In this document: positions 11,063 through 20,791 of the stretch, piece after piece
Layout of the letters: every line of letters starts with the position of its first letter
How positions within the stretch are numbered: position 1 is the stretch's first letter
DNA from: a virus
IMG/VR virus record: IMGVR_UViG_3300047476_000577
Location: 40,247-104,246 of that record
DNA length: 64,000 nt
Strand: one strand, 5' to 3'
Notes under the pieces: generated by a model
Told to the model about the DNA's origin: nothing
Databases searched by the model: none
The model's input: the letters and a program-made list of their open reading frames with translations, nothing else
Translations under genes and position numbers: made by a program

Positions 11063-12265
11063 TTATTTGTGCTTGAACTCGTAGTGTGCAGTTACGCCAA
11101 ACGGTGCTTCAATGTTTGGGCCGCCGTGTACTACGAATAGTGTGTCGCAGTAGTCTGGGTCACCCCATTCGCCGCAAGGGTAACCGTCTGTAAACATAAT
11201 GAACTGTTTGGGCTGGATATCCCGTTCTTTCATATATTCCCAGTTAGCTTCGAACATAGTACCACCACCGCCTTGAGGCTCGTAGTCTGCAATGTCATCG
11301 CCTGCATCACTGCTAAAGTCGCGCTCTGCGTACACTTGAGTATCGAAACACCAAATCTTAATGTTCCAACTATCAAAGGTACCCATAATGCCTTGAATCT
11401 CGCCAAGGAAGTCTTTAACCATATCGTTAGAGATACTACCTGAAGTGTCAATGGCAATACACACATCTACTTCTTCAGCAGGTAGCATACCCGGCAGCAC
11501 TGCACCAGTATGCCAGCTCTTGCGGCTAGGACGAGTAAACGAGTAGTCGTTTTTAATCATACTAGTCAATTGGATGCGGCACAGTTCTTGCCAAGGCATT
11601 TTTGGATCTGTAATGTTCTTAACAATACGATCTACGCCAGTCGGCAAATTGCCTGCACCAGCAGCCTGTGCTGCCTGGATAACTGCATCTTTAAGCTCGT
11701 CACGCAGAGCTTTGCGCTCTTCTTCGGTTAGCTTCTTGCCAATGCCGGACTTGCCGTCGCCATCACCGTCTTCGCTGTCGCCGTCACCTTCTAAGTCCAA
11801 GTGAGTGTCGAGTGTCATCTTAATAGTGACAGCATTTTCCATTAGCTTGTCGTAGACTTCGTCAGTAGTCATACCATCATACTGTCGGTCTGCGAGGATA
11901 GGAACTACCTTAATTACATCGCCAATGCGGTCACGAATGAGGCCGTTGTTAATAACATAGTCAGCCGCCATATTCCACACTTGGGGCTCACGCTCGCCTC
12001 GGCGTAGCATATGCTCGTAGACGCAGTGCATAACTTCGTGAGCAATTAGAAAGATGAGCTCACCGTCTGACAACTTAGAAACAAATTCGTCGTTATAGAA
12101 CAAATTACGACCATCTACTGCGGCAGTAGGAATACGGTCGCTGGCATCCACAATCTTAAGACGAGTTGCAAGGTTACCAAAGAACGGGTGATGCAATAGC
12201 AGTTTTACACGGGCTTTGGTAATACGATCTCGTTGCTTAGAAGCAGTTACAGTAGTCATTGTCAA
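11063..12265 (-). CDS. DUF2201-type metallopeptidase + vWA domain protein
   Basis: HEVMH zincin motif, MIDAS DTSGS, GGGT, FTDG. Confidence 0.9.
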   Translation of the reverse strand: MTMTTVTASKQRDRITKARVKLLLHHPFFGNLATRLKIVDASDRIPTAAVDGRNLFYNDEFVSKLSDGELIFLIAHEVMHCVYEHMLRRGEREPQVWNMAADYVINNGLIRDRIGDVIKVVPILADRQYDGMTTDEVYDKLMENAVTIKMTLDTHLDLEGDGDSEDGDGDGKSGIGKKLTEEERKALRDELKDAVIQAAQAAGAGNLPTGVDRIVKNITDPKMPWQELCRIQLTSMIKNDYSFTRPSRKSWHTGAVLPGMLPAEEVDVCIAIDTSGSISNDMVKDFLGEIQGIMGTFDSWNIKIWCFDTQVYAERDFSSDAGDDIADYEPQGGGGTMFEANWEYMKERDIQPKQFIMFTDGYPCGEWGDPDYCDTLFVVHGGPNIEAPFGVTAHYEFKHK

Positions 12266-12282
12266 TTCCTTATTAAGCCATT

Positions 12283-12311
12283 ATTATAGCACACTTGCAT
12301 TTATCGGTCAA
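12283..12311 (-). promoter_or_regulatory. Sigma70-type promoter
   Basis: TTGACC-17-TATAAT on the minus strand upstream of the vWA gene. Confidence 0.6.
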
Positions 12312-12316
12312 ATAGT

Positions 12317-12342
12317 AAAAAAGCGCCTTGCGGCGCTTTTTT
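12317..12342. terminator. Intrinsic terminator (bidirectional)
   Basis: AAAAAAGCGCC-TTGC-GGCGCTTTTTT. Confidence 0.75.
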
Positions 12343-13423
12343 AGGCAATGTCAATTACCAAGTGAGCGTACTTCTTAAAGAACTCTGGGAAGTTCTTGAG
12401 CTTCTTGTGCTGGAAAGGCAGCTCGTGAATCTTAAGAGCAGTGTGAGCACCCATAATAACCATTTCTGGTTCAAAGTTATCCATCATATACTGGATAAAG
12501 TTCTCACACATTGGATGCCAATCATCGAGCTTCTTCTCTTTAGAGAGATTCTCAAACGCAGCCTTGAGTTCGTAGCACAGACTAGTAGTCAGTGAGTACA
12601 TTGCAGACACTTCCTTAACCTTCAGGTCCTTGACCTTGCCTGCAAGGATCTCAGTAGGGTCTGGCAGTTTAGCGGCAATCTTGCGATGCGCCATAAACTT
12701 AATAGCAGTGCCTTCACCTACGCAACCTGCAACGATGTCGCTCATAGTACCTTCGCTGAGCTCGTCGGTTAGCATTTCGCTAACGAAACTCCAAGAGCGA
12801 GGAGTAGCGAAGCTACGGTCGTGAACTTTGGGGTCAAAGTTGTTGAGGTCGTTCTTAGCAAAAGTTAGGTAACCAACAACGTCCGGATGGACACCATTCT
12901 TAAGAGCCCAGTTGGACCAGTCAGCAAAGTCCACACGCAGTTCCAAGTGAATGAAACGGTTAGCCAGTGGGCTAGGCATACGGAAAGTAACGCCCTTGTC
13001 TGACATACGGTTACCTGCGGCAACGATGCCAACATTCTTAGGTAGCTTGTAAGTGCCAACACGGCGGTTAAGGATCAGCTGATAAGCCGCAGCCTGAACA
13101 GCAGGAGCCGCAGACACAAGCTCGTCCAAGAACAGGATAGCGTCACTGTCTTCGTCCTGCGGCAGTTCTGCAGGAGGAGCCCAGCTCATATTGTTGTCAG
13201 TGGAATTGTAGTACGGGATACCCTTAATGTCGGTGGGCTCCCAGAGGTTAAGACGAACGTCAATAACCTTACGACCAGTTGCAGAGCCGATTTGAGCAAT
13301 AAGGTCGCTCTTGCCAACGCCGGGGCCACCCCACAGCATAATAGGACGATCGCGTTTAAGTGCGTGACGGATAATGACGTCAGCTTCGGAAATTTTAACA
13401 GTACGGGTGTCAGTTGCAGACAT
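12341..13423 (-). CDS. MoxR-like AAA+ ATPase
   Basis: Walker A GGPGVGKS, Walker B LFLDE, AAGN, LANRF, TPRSW; paired with vWA gene. Confidence 0.9.
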   Translation of the reverse strand: MSATDTRTVKISEADVIIRHALKRDRPIMLWGGPGVGKSDLIAQIGSATGRKVIDVRLNLWEPTDIKGIPYYNSTDNNMSWAPPAELPQDEDSDAILFLDELVSAAPAVQAAAYQLILNRRVGTYKLPKNVGIVAAGNRMSDKGVTFRMPSPLANRFIHLELRVDFADWSNWALKNGVHPDVVGYLTFAKNDLNNFDPKVHDRSFATPRSWSFVSEMLTDELSEGTMSDIVAGCVGEGTAIKFMAHRKIAAKLPDPTEILAGKVKDLKVKEVSAMYSLTTSLCYELKAAFENLSKEKKLDDWHPMCENFIQYMMDNFEPEMVIMGAHTALKIHELPFQHKKLKNFPEFFKKYAHLVIDIA

Positions 13424-13543
13424 TTGGTGCTCCAGAAAAACTAAGTTAGAAAGTAATTGTATGCGATTTTGAATTTTGTGTCAAATTGCCTTGCAACTGA
13501 CTGGAATTTGTGGCCCGGAGCAACCCGGGCCAGGTTGCTCAAA

Positions 13544-13780
13544 TTAAGCAGCTTCGGAAGCGTCAGCCTCAACAACTTGACCTTCAGGCACAACCTTGGA
13601 CAGGAAGCCTTCGGCCTCAATTTCAGCCTTGGTCATTGCACGGGGAAGCTCGACAAATAGAACGTCCTTGTGACCGTTCTTGACAAGCACCTTAACACGG
13701 GTGTTGTCGTTGGTATAACGAACCTTGAATTTGCCGTTGAGGGTTGAAGAACCGACGAAAGTGAAAGTCTTGTTAGACAT
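13544..13780 (-). CDS. Small conserved phage protein
   Basis: Strong GGAG RBS and biased codons. Confidence 0.65.
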   Translation of the reverse strand: MSNKTFTFVGSSTLNGKFKVRYTNDNTRVKVLVKNGHKDVLFVELPRAMTKAEIEAEGFLSKVVPEGQVVEADASEAA

Positions 13781-13863
13781 AATGAAACTCCTATTTCAAA
13801 AAAAGTTAAGTTTTTGAACTTGGCAGAATTGCTAGCTCAATTCAAATTATATGACCAATCGAA

Positions 13864-14016
13864 TTATTCGTCAAGTCCAGGCTTACCCAAACGCTTGCGG
13901 CTATAAACTTTTTTGCTTATTTCCTTCTTTTCGAAGAATCGTGTGTCAGCAAACAGTTCAAAAGCACGGCGCTTAGGACGCTTAACTTGCAGTTGAATAA
14001 CTTCTCGACGTTTCAT
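13864..14016 (-). CDS. 50-aa basic ORF, ArfA-like ribosome rescue factor candidate (absent from the ORF track)
   Basis: MKRREVIQLQVKRPKRRAFELFADTRFFEKKEISKKVYSRKRLGKPGLDE; directly behind a TTGACT-17-TACAAT promoter. Confidence 0.5.
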   Translation of the reverse strand: MKRREVIQLQVKRPKRRAFELFADTRFFEKKEISKKVYSRKRLGKPGLDE

Positions 14017-14177
14017 AATAGTTGTATTGTAGCTTGGATTGATTTATTAGTCAACCGTTTTTGCAACACTTCCAAAATTCCCTGCATCATCGCAGTACCG
14101 TTAGTATAGCAGAACGGTATTTTCCGGTCAAATCTTGAATAGGAGTACAACAAAGTGTTGTATTTTTGCAACACTAT

Positions 14178-14408
14178 TTAACTGTAACGCAGTGTCCACA
14201 GCAGTTTTTCATTCAAATCTGCAAATTTTATACGAATGCCTGCATACTGTGGTCTTGCATCTTTCGGGTCCCACTCTAGGGTGTACGGCCCCGGGCACTT
14301 GAGTTGAAAGTTATGAGTGATAGCGTCTAGCGTGATGTCGTCTAACGGCTCGTACGCATAGTGTGACATTATTTCTGACAAGACTTTTCGGTACAGCATT
14401 AGCTCCAC
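14178..14408 (-). CDS. FxL[RK]W-tail small protein family member
   Basis: Ends KFADLNEKLLWTLRYS. Confidence 0.65.
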   Translation of the reverse strand: MELMLYRKVLSEIMSHYAYEPLDDITLDAITHNFQLKCPGPYTLEWDPKDARPQYAGIRIKFADLNEKLLWTLRYS

Positions 14409-14656
14409 CTCAATGCAAACATAGTAGCAACCTCTGGGTCTCTAAAGAAATAGATAGTCCTGTGCCCCGGTGTTAGTAAATCGTCGTCAGGATAGCACCA
14501 AGCATCGTAGTCATCATCTGCGTTCGGGCAATGGTCTCTTAGCCAGCAAGGTAGGTATACGATTTTATCGTAAAACTCTATAGGAGAACGGATTATAACT
14601 GGATGCCAGCTTTCGACAGTCTCGTACAAATGTCCTTCGTATTCTTTCATACCCAC
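14399..14656 (-). CDS. FxL[RK]W-tail family member
   Basis: Ends FFRDPEVATMFALRWS. Confidence 0.7.
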   Translation of the reverse strand: MGMKEYEGHLYETVESWHPVIIRSPIEFYDKIVYLPCWLRDHCPNADDDYDAWCYPDDDLLTPGHRTIYFFRDPEVATMFALRWS

Positions 14657-14904
14657 CTTAATATAAACTTAAATGCTGCCTCGTCGTTGTCAAACCAAAA
14701 CCTGCTGCCGGTCCACGCATAGTGGTCTTCTCCAATGTGTTCCCCGCACCACCTATGTACTTCGGGCCATTTCTTGTGACCTTCCTCGCTTAACAGCGCA
14801 CTGGGGTAACCTTTGCTATTAAAAGCGTGTCTCCAGTCATAGTCTTGCACTGGCTCAAACAGCAACTTTGCTTTGATACTAGCAACATACTCTTTTATAG
14901 TCAT
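14647..14904 (-). CDS. FxL[RK]W-tail family member (start revised to the ATG at 14904)
   Basis: WCGEH...FWFDNDEAAFKFILRWV; ATGA overlap with the upstream gene. Confidence 0.7.
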   Translation of the reverse strand: MTIKEYVASIKAKLLFEPVQDYDWRHAFNSKGYPSALLSEEGHKKWPEVHRWCGEHIGEDHYAWTGSRFWFDNDEAAFKFILRWV

Positions 14905-15410
14905 AACCAACGCAAAGTAAAGTATGCTGCATCTTCCTGACGTTTGAACCAAATTTGTCCGTCGGGCCAGCGACAATGGTACTCTACACCCGATTCATCT
15001 AACCAGTCTAGCATTAGCTGATGAAGCCCGCCTGATTCGTTAAACGATACTTTATACTGCCAAGCACTATAGTTGACTATGGGGTCAACTACAAACTCGG
15101 TAGTTAACGTCATTTCGTCAAAGTAAGCCACGCTCCAATCGGGCAATTCTGCTTGCAAACGCTGGCTAATTTTACGACCCCAATGACTAAAATGCTCAAC
15201 ATTAAAAGCATTATATATGGTTTTATCGCCTATGTCATATGCGTTGGAGTGATTGTCGTAGTGATCTGTCCATTTTAGTAGCTCATTAAACAAGTCATCG
15301 GAAATAGGGATTCTACTAGTATCCATCATTGTATAATCGTAAGCCCATACACCCGTACTCATATAGTCTGCACAAAGTTTGATGCACTTATTAAGATTTA
15401 ATTTGCCCAT
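14901..15410 (-). CDS. FxL[RK]W-tail family member with extra N-terminal domain
   Basis: Ends IWFKRQEDAAYFTLRWL. Confidence 0.7.
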   Translation of the reverse strand: MGKLNLNKCIKLCADYMSTGVWAYDYTMMDTSRIPISDDLFNELLKWTDHYDNHSNAYDIGDKTIYNAFNVEHFSHWGRKISQRLQAELPDWSVAYFDEMTLTTEFVVDPIVNYSAWQYKVSFNESGGLHQLMLDWLDESGVEYHCRWPDGQIWFKRQEDAAYFTLRWL

Positions 15411-15504
15411 AATCTGCTTAGTTTGCTCGCGTATTTACATATGTTATCTGAAATAGTATAAATACTGCAAGAGCATAAAAAGATTATGCTACAAGGAGAA
15501 TAAT

Positions 15505-15801
15505 ATGGCATTTACACTAGTTTCTAAAACAGTCAAACCTGCAGAAGCAAAATGGTGGAACCAAGTCGATCCTGAAGCAGCAGCTCGTGTAGGTGAATTC
15601 GTAAAGGCATTCCCTGGCGTAGTTAGCGCAGATGCTAAGGAAATCGAACCAAACGTATGGCAATCAGTCATTGTGTTTGAAAGCAAAGCAGTAGTAGAAG
15701 AATACAAAGTTGCTATGGCAGCTAATTCCGACAACGCACTACGCAAAGCATACAACGCTACACACGGCATTGTAACTAAGTTCCAAGGTCAAGGCGAATA
15801 A
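15505..15801 (+). CDS. Small, probably highly expressed hypothetical protein
   Basis: AAGGAG RBS, upstream TATAAATA, biased codons, own terminator. Confidence 0.7.
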   Translation: MAFTLVSKTVKPAEAKWWNQVDPEAAARVGEFVKAFPGVVSADAKEIEPNVWQSVIVFESKAVVEEYKVAMAANSDNALRKAYNATHGIVTKFQGQGE

Positions 15802-15819
15802 TTTTTGCTCACTGTACAA

Positions 15820-15847
15820 TAAAAAGGACTCCCAGGAGTCCTTTTTT
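15820..15847. terminator. Bidirectional intrinsic terminator
   Basis: AAAAAGGACTCC-CA-GGAGTCCTTTTT between convergent genes. Confidence 0.7.
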
Positions 15848-16964
15848 AATTCCTGAACGGATTGTCAGGATTGTACCACATATTAGGGTTAACTACTTCG
15901 ACGGGCTTAAAGTCACTGTCTATGCCGTCTAGCAGCTTGCGCTGGCCAAATACAGTATACAAGCTAGCCCTTTTAATTTTGTTCTTGTAGTATTCATAGT
16001 CCTTGTCGAACTTGAATATATCGTCCTTGGCAGCTTGTTTGTAGTTTTTCCAGTCCGGAATGATACGCACTTCGGGATGATTAATGCTCCAAATTTGGAA
16101 GTCGTCCGAGTGGTAGAAATGGTGCATATAAGTATCGTTCCACTCTGTAGACAAGTTAGAGTAATACCTAGGAGCAATCAGTGCATACATTCTAAAGTAA
16201 ACGCTTTGCCACTTAAAGCAGAAATTATACCACCAGAAGAAGTCCGAATTCTTCTCTATGCTAATTCCGTACTTTCTTGCAGATGCTTCTACGGCATCTA
16301 CTAACAGTGTTGTCACAGCTTGATCTTTAATTTTACTATCAATGTAGTTGAACACCGCAACCTTGCTGTAGTTATTGCTTAGGCTTTCTGCCCCTTTGTT
16401 AGCAATATACATCTTCATCAAATCACTACCGAACAGCTGGTCATTAAATTCACCACTTACTAAAATCATCGATCCGTCGAATAGCCAAGGTGTGTGCTCT
16501 GCATTTACTAGTTCGAAGTTAGGAAGTATATAGTCTTTGTAGAAGTTAGGGTTTTCGTTTGCAGCTTCTGCACTTGTGATAATTTTAATTTTGTCTTTTA
16601 GCACAGACATAGGATAGTTACGCAAAAAGCTAACCATAATCATAGTACTGTCAATACCACCGCTCCACATAACGCCTAGTGGTTTTCCTAGTGACTCGCT
16701 TAAATCGAATAACTCTTTCGCCCTAGCATCGCAGCAATCTGTATAGGTCATTGTAGTAGTACGCAATGCAGGCAGCTCACATTTACTGTAGATGCTTTGT
16801 GCAACAGGCTGCTTGAACAACTTCATACGGTCATTCATACCTACAGCGTGGCCGATAAGTCCGTATACTTTGCTCCATTTTAGTACATCCTTTCTAAAAG
16901 AATGATGTACAAATGATAGTGGATTGAAATAATATAAATCGCTCATATAGAACTGTTCTGCCAA
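15846..16964 (-). CDS. Asparagine-synthetase-like PP-loop enzyme (paralogue of 76..1152)
   Basis: WSGGIDST, SGEFNDQLFGS, FWWYNFCFKWQ. Confidence 0.75.
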   Translation of the reverse strand: MAEQFYMSDLYYFNPLSFVHHSFRKDVLKWSKVYGLIGHAVGMNDRMKLFKQPVAQSIYSKCELPALRTTTMTYTDCCDARAKELFDLSESLGKPLGVMWSGGIDSTMIMVSFLRNYPMSVLKDKIKIITSAEAANENPNFYKDYILPNFELVNAEHTPWLFDGSMILVSGEFNDQLFGSDLMKMYIANKGAESLSNNYSKVAVFNYIDSKIKDQAVTTLLVDAVEASARKYGISIEKNSDFFWWYNFCFKWQSVYFRMYALIAPRYYSNLSTEWNDTYMHHFYHSDDFQIWSINHPEVRIIPDWKNYKQAAKDDIFKFDKDYEYYKNKIKRASLYTVFGQRKLLDGIDSDFKPVEVVNPNMWYNPDNPFRN

Positions 16965-17599
16965 AATTCGCGAGCCATTGCACGTCTAATAGACTCTACT
17001 TCTTCTTTTCTAGTTACGCCGTTGATGTAACCCTTCCATTTTTCGGCTAGAGCCTGGATGCGGAATTTAGTCATTAAGTCTGACTCTAAACGTAGCTTTA
17101 ATTCTTTGTATGCTTGCTCAACTGGAACTTCTAAGATTCTGGCGTATTCTTCTAACATCCAGGTATAGTTCCCTGTTGTAGGATCAGATTGTTGTATTTG
17201 TTCTAGTGCAACGTGATCAAACTCTGCCCACCTGTAGCGTGTTTGTCTAGCTAAAGCCTGTGCTTGAAATGCTTCCCATCGTCCGAATAGTTGTTGTCTG
17301 ATATTAAGAATATCTCGCATCTGTTTCCAGGATTCGGTAACGTGCTCGTCCGGTAATAACTGCAACGCATTTCCGTTTGGCTGGTCTAGTGTATAGCAGC
17401 CTTGCTTAAAAATCTCAGGATTTAACTTCCCGAAATCAACTGTATTGAAAGGGGTTAGAACTTTGATAATTGCATCACCGTTGCCCATAACTAGTGCGTT
17501 AGCAGTTATGATGCTAGTAGTCATCGTGTAGATACTAGCGTTCTCTAAACTAGTAATTAAATATCGTTCCTGGATCATATAATAAACTCCGCTGTCCAT
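16943..17599 (-). CDS. Partner protein (paralogue of 1149..1778)
   Basis: Same position upstream of a PP-loop gene; similar C-terminus. Confidence 0.6.
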   Translation of the reverse strand: MDSGVYYMIQERYLITSLENASIYTMTTSIITANALVMGNGDAIIKVLTPFNTVDFGKLNPEIFKQGCYTLDQPNGNALQLLPDEHVTESWKQMRDILNIRQQLFGRWEAFQAQALARQTRYRWAEFDHVALEQIQQSDPTTGNYTWMLEEYARILEVPVEQAYKELKLRLESDLMTKFRIQALAEKWKGYINGVTRKEEVESIRRAMAREFWQNSSI

Positions 17600-18495
17600 T
17601 CATAAAGCAGCTCTCTGCTTTTTTCCCAAACACATAAATGAGTTGCATTGGGCAACACCTTAAAGTACGATGTACTGACAGGCAATAACTTATATAGTCT
17701 GTTAGTCACAAAGTAAGGATTCTCGATATCGTACTGAGATGTAGTAATCAGTACTCGAGATTTTAACTCTGCAAACTTGAATGTCTTTAAGTGTTGAATG
17801 ATGTTAGGGATTTTGCCCAACTTCCAATTGCCAGTAGCAGTGTCGAAACTTCTATGATCTCTTGCAAGAGCTTCAAACGCTTGCTCTTTCCACAACGGTT
17901 CTCTGAAGTCTTTGCCGGCAGGTTGAGCCGCAGAAAATCGTTTGTCAATCGAATCCATACCCACCATTGTATACGGCAACTTCTCGTCGACTTCGACGTA
18001 AAAGTTATAACCGCTTGGAGGATCGTCTTTTGCTTTAATCCATTTAGGGTTGATGCTGATAATGTTGTCAACAAGTCCGGGATTGAGGACAGAGTACGTT
18101 ATACACAGCGATCCTAAGTAGCTGAACCCTACTAGCGAAATCTTAGTGGTAGCGCCTAGTTTATTTTTAATGTAATTGATGGCTGATGTAATGTCCTGGT
18201 AGTAGTCCTCGATTGTTAAAGGACTTTTGACTAGTGATATATCTTCTACTAGTTGTTCTTCTACTGGACTACTTTGTCCGTAACCGCGAAGGTCTATTAG
18301 GAAAGCATCTACTCCGGCATCTGCCATATAATCGCCGTAGCTTTTGCTACCCATTGCAATACCCATCGTAGACTCTACACACAGGCTTCTGCTATTAAAC
18401 AATAAGATTGCATTACCCGTGTTAAACTTAGCAGGTATGTGCCGTATATAAAGGCTAGCAGTACCCGATTCTATAAAATTAATATTTTCTTGCAT
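17575..18495 (-). CDS. Alpha/beta hydrolase
   Basis: DLRGYGQS, nucleophile elbow GFSYLG, C-terminal ATH. Confidence 0.85.
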   Translation of the reverse strand: MQENINFIESGTASLYIRHIPAKFNTGNAILLFNSRSLCVESTMGIAMGSKSYGDYMADAGVDAFLIDLRGYGQSSPVEEQLVEDISLVKSPLTIEDYYQDITSAINYIKNKLGATTKISLVGFSYLGSLCITYSVLNPGLVDNIISINPKWIKAKDDPPSGYNFYVEVDEKLPYTMVGMDSIDKRFSAAQPAGKDFREPLWKEQAFEALARDHRSFDTATGNWKLGKIPNIIQHLKTFKFAELKSRVLITTSQYDIENPYFVTNRLYKLLPVSTSYFKVLPNATHLCVWEKSRELLYEWTAEFII

Positions 18496-19951
18496 ATATA
18501 GTTGAGAACATATATCTAGAGTTGATGACTTGGATGTCAGAGAAGCCAGCAGACTCTAGTGTTTCAAGGTACCATTTTAATGGTTTTGTAGTTAACACTC
18601 CTATTAGTGCTTTTTTCTTTTGCTGTATAACTTCTTCCGAAACTCCATTAGCACGTTTGAAATCATAATACATTTCTTCCGTTTCCATACTATGATCCAT
18701 TTTGTCTGAGATGATAACAAAGCCGCCAGTTTGTAAGTTGTCGTAGATGTCTTGTATATATTGTGCTCGTTCTTGAACAAAGTGCAGAGTCCAGTTAGCT
18801 AGTACAACGTTATATGACCCTTGCGGTAGCGTATTGCTTACGGTAACCAATTCAGGGTACTTGCTTCTGTCAACCATTGCTTGACTATTGTCTACGCCAA
18901 CAACATCAGTGTATCCACGTTGAATAAATTTATCCATTGTGTTACCTAGAGCAGAGCCTACATCGATGACTTTAATGTCCTTTTTGCTTTTAAACACTTT
19001 ACTAGTATAGTCGATGCAAAGGTCGATTACCCTGTTGTAATCGGGAATATGTGTTTCGGCTTCTTGTTGGAACCTATTAGCAACTGAACCATCGAACACC
19101 CAATGTTTATCGACTGGCATAACGTTAGGCATATCTTTCATACGCTCTTTTGCAGCGTTAATATTAGCCTTAACTAAGTCTCCTACTTGCCTTACGCCTG
19201 ACTTCTCTGTTTTGTAGAATCTTAGCATATATCTGCTAGGTAATGGATATGTAGTAGGGCCCGGACGATTGACTAGTGTAGAGTACGAATCGTGTACTGT
19301 TTTATCTTCTAGCTGTTCTGGATAAATTAAACCTTCTTTGCTTTGGAAACCTAACGACCCTAGGATAATTTTCATTGCATTAGGACTAGGTCTTGACCCA
19401 GCACCAGAGAACGCAGTGTTGGCATCTGAGCTGTTGATGTGCTGCTTCTTGATAACGTCAATGATAGCAATGTCGGGAGATATCATTGGCCAAGGATAGA
19501 TGCTGTCTGCAACAATAGAGTAGTCGCAAACCTTAGCTACCCGTTCAAGGAATCCGTAAGTGTCGAGGAAAGCATATATAACGCCAATCATAACTACAAC
19601 GTCGTACTTTTTGCCCGCTGCAATCTCATTGTCCAGAAACTCTCTAATATCCCGTTCTACTATAGAAAACTTATCAGATGACCAATATTTTCCTAGCAAC
19701 TCTCTACTAGTTGCAGCCATCTGCGGTTGCACTTCGACTCCGGTGTAGTGCTTACAGCCTTGAGATAAGACCCACTGTCCAGTAGCGCCCAGGCAGCTAC
19801 CTAAGTCTAAAACTGTCATTCCGTCTACTAGCCAATCTGGCGCCATTGCTTTATGGCGTTTGTCTAGTGATTCTATGGTTACTCTACTGTAGCCTCGGTC
19901 TTTGCGTGTATCGTTCTCTACGAACTCTGGATATTGGCTAAAAAAGCTCAT
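18479..19951 (-). CDS. Tandem SAM-dependent methyltransferase (C-terminal domain CmoA-like)
   Basis: VLDLGSCLG and VIDVGSALG; W.FD..VA..F...IPDY, GVDNSQAM, NWTLHF as in the CmoA family. Confidence 0.8.
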   Translation of the reverse strand: MSFFSQYPEFVENDTRKDRGYSRVTIESLDKRHKAMAPDWLVDGMTVLDLGSCLGATGQWVLSQGCKHYTGVEVQPQMAATSRELLGKYWSSDKFSIVERDIREFLDNEIAAGKKYDVVVMIGVIYAFLDTYGFLERVAKVCDYSIVADSIYPWPMISPDIAIIDVIKKQHINSSDANTAFSGAGSRPSPNAMKIILGSLGFQSKEGLIYPEQLEDKTVHDSYSTLVNRPGPTTYPLPSRYMLRFYKTEKSGVRQVGDLVKANINAAKERMKDMPNVMPVDKHWVFDGSVANRFQQEAETHIPDYNRVIDLCIDYTSKVFKSKKDIKVIDVGSALGNTMDKFIQRGYTDVVGVDNSQAMVDRSKYPELVTVSNTLPQGSYNVVLANWTLHFVQERAQYIQDIYDNLQTGGFVIISDKMDHSMETEEMYYDFKRANGVSEEVIQQKKKALIGVLTTKPLKWYLETLESAGFSDIQVINSRYMFSTIYARKY

Positions 19952-19988
19952 ATATACGTCCTCTATTATGTACGTATTTATTGAGCAG

Positions 19989-20294
19989 TCAACTGAACTT
20001 CAATGCAAATTCAAATAGCAATTCATCGTCAGTGTCATCATTAAAGTCAACCCATTGGTCAACAATGATATTAGATACTCCGTCTGTTCGTTTTGGTTCT
20101 GCAAAACTGCATACTCCGCCCATAGCCCAACCGCTGCCGTGTATCCATTCATTGCCACCCGGCTTCCAGTTTTTACTAATAGGGCCTATGTTTGTACTAA
20201 GCCAGACTAGTATAGGCGTGTCTGTATATTTGAGCTTTCTGGAATTATTGTTCCAAGGCTCCCATACATTTCTATTGTACCTAACTCTTTTCAT
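19989..20294 (-). CDS. FxL[RK]W-tail family member
   Basis: WLSTNIGP...LLFEFALKFS. Confidence 0.65.
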   Translation of the reverse strand: MKRVRYNRNVWEPWNNNSRKLKYTDTPILVWLSTNIGPISKNWKPGGNEWIHGSGWAMGGVCSFAEPKRTDGVSNIIVDQWVDFNDDTDDELLFEFALKFS

Positions 20295-20533
20295 AAGTCA
20301 AGTAAAAATTGTTCTTCTGTAGTCAAGTTAAGTATAAGATTTATCTTACCTTCTTGCAGCCATCTGTTGATGGTTAATGATATGTATTCGGCTTCGTCGC
20401 AGTCGTTAACCTTTACACCTATGCGTTTAAATGTCATACCGTCTGGTCCTTTGACCCACGGGTTAACAACTGATATTAGTTTCTTTGGATCAGGTATTCG
20501 TACTATAGGTCGTATACTCATTTTCCTGCCCAC
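20291..20533 (-). CDS. Hypothetical protein (weak capsid-peptide resemblance)
   Basis: LISVVNPWVKGPDGMTF. Confidence 0.5.
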   Translation of the reverse strand: MGRKMSIRPIVRIPDPKKLISVVNPWVKGPDGMTFKRIGVKVNDCDEAEYISLTINRWLQEGKINLILNLTTEEQFLLDL

Positions 20534-20790
20534 CTTAATTTAAACATCACTGCATCTTCTGCAAGCTCGAATGCAACACTGTGGTGTAAGTTAACGTGAT
20601 TGCCAGTTAAGTTACTGTCCAGCCAAGTGTATATGTCAACTAGTTCAACAATGTTGGGCTCTTTTTTGTATTCTACTAAATGCCAGCCTTGGCTAACTAG
20701 TACCTTACTTAATACTTCTCGGTCGATTTCGTTTTTAATTTCTTCTGCAAGAATTTCTGCAAAATCTTGCGACACTGAATCACCGTCCAT
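20518..20790 (-). CDS. FxL[RK]W-tail protein with N-terminal gp23-like helix
   Basis: EILAEEIKNEIDREVL plus AVMFKLRWAGK. Confidence 0.7.
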   Translation of the reverse strand: MDGDSVSQDFAEILAEEIKNEIDREVLSKVLVSQGWHLVEYKKEPNIVELVDIYTWLDSNLTGNHVNLHHSVAFELAEDAVMFKLRWAGK

Positions 20791-20791
20791 A

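Noticed and set aside
76-17599. Lasso-peptide cluster based on the Asn-synthetase-like genes
   Set aside because: No transglutaminase-like protease, PqqD/RRE or lasso precursor is recognisable
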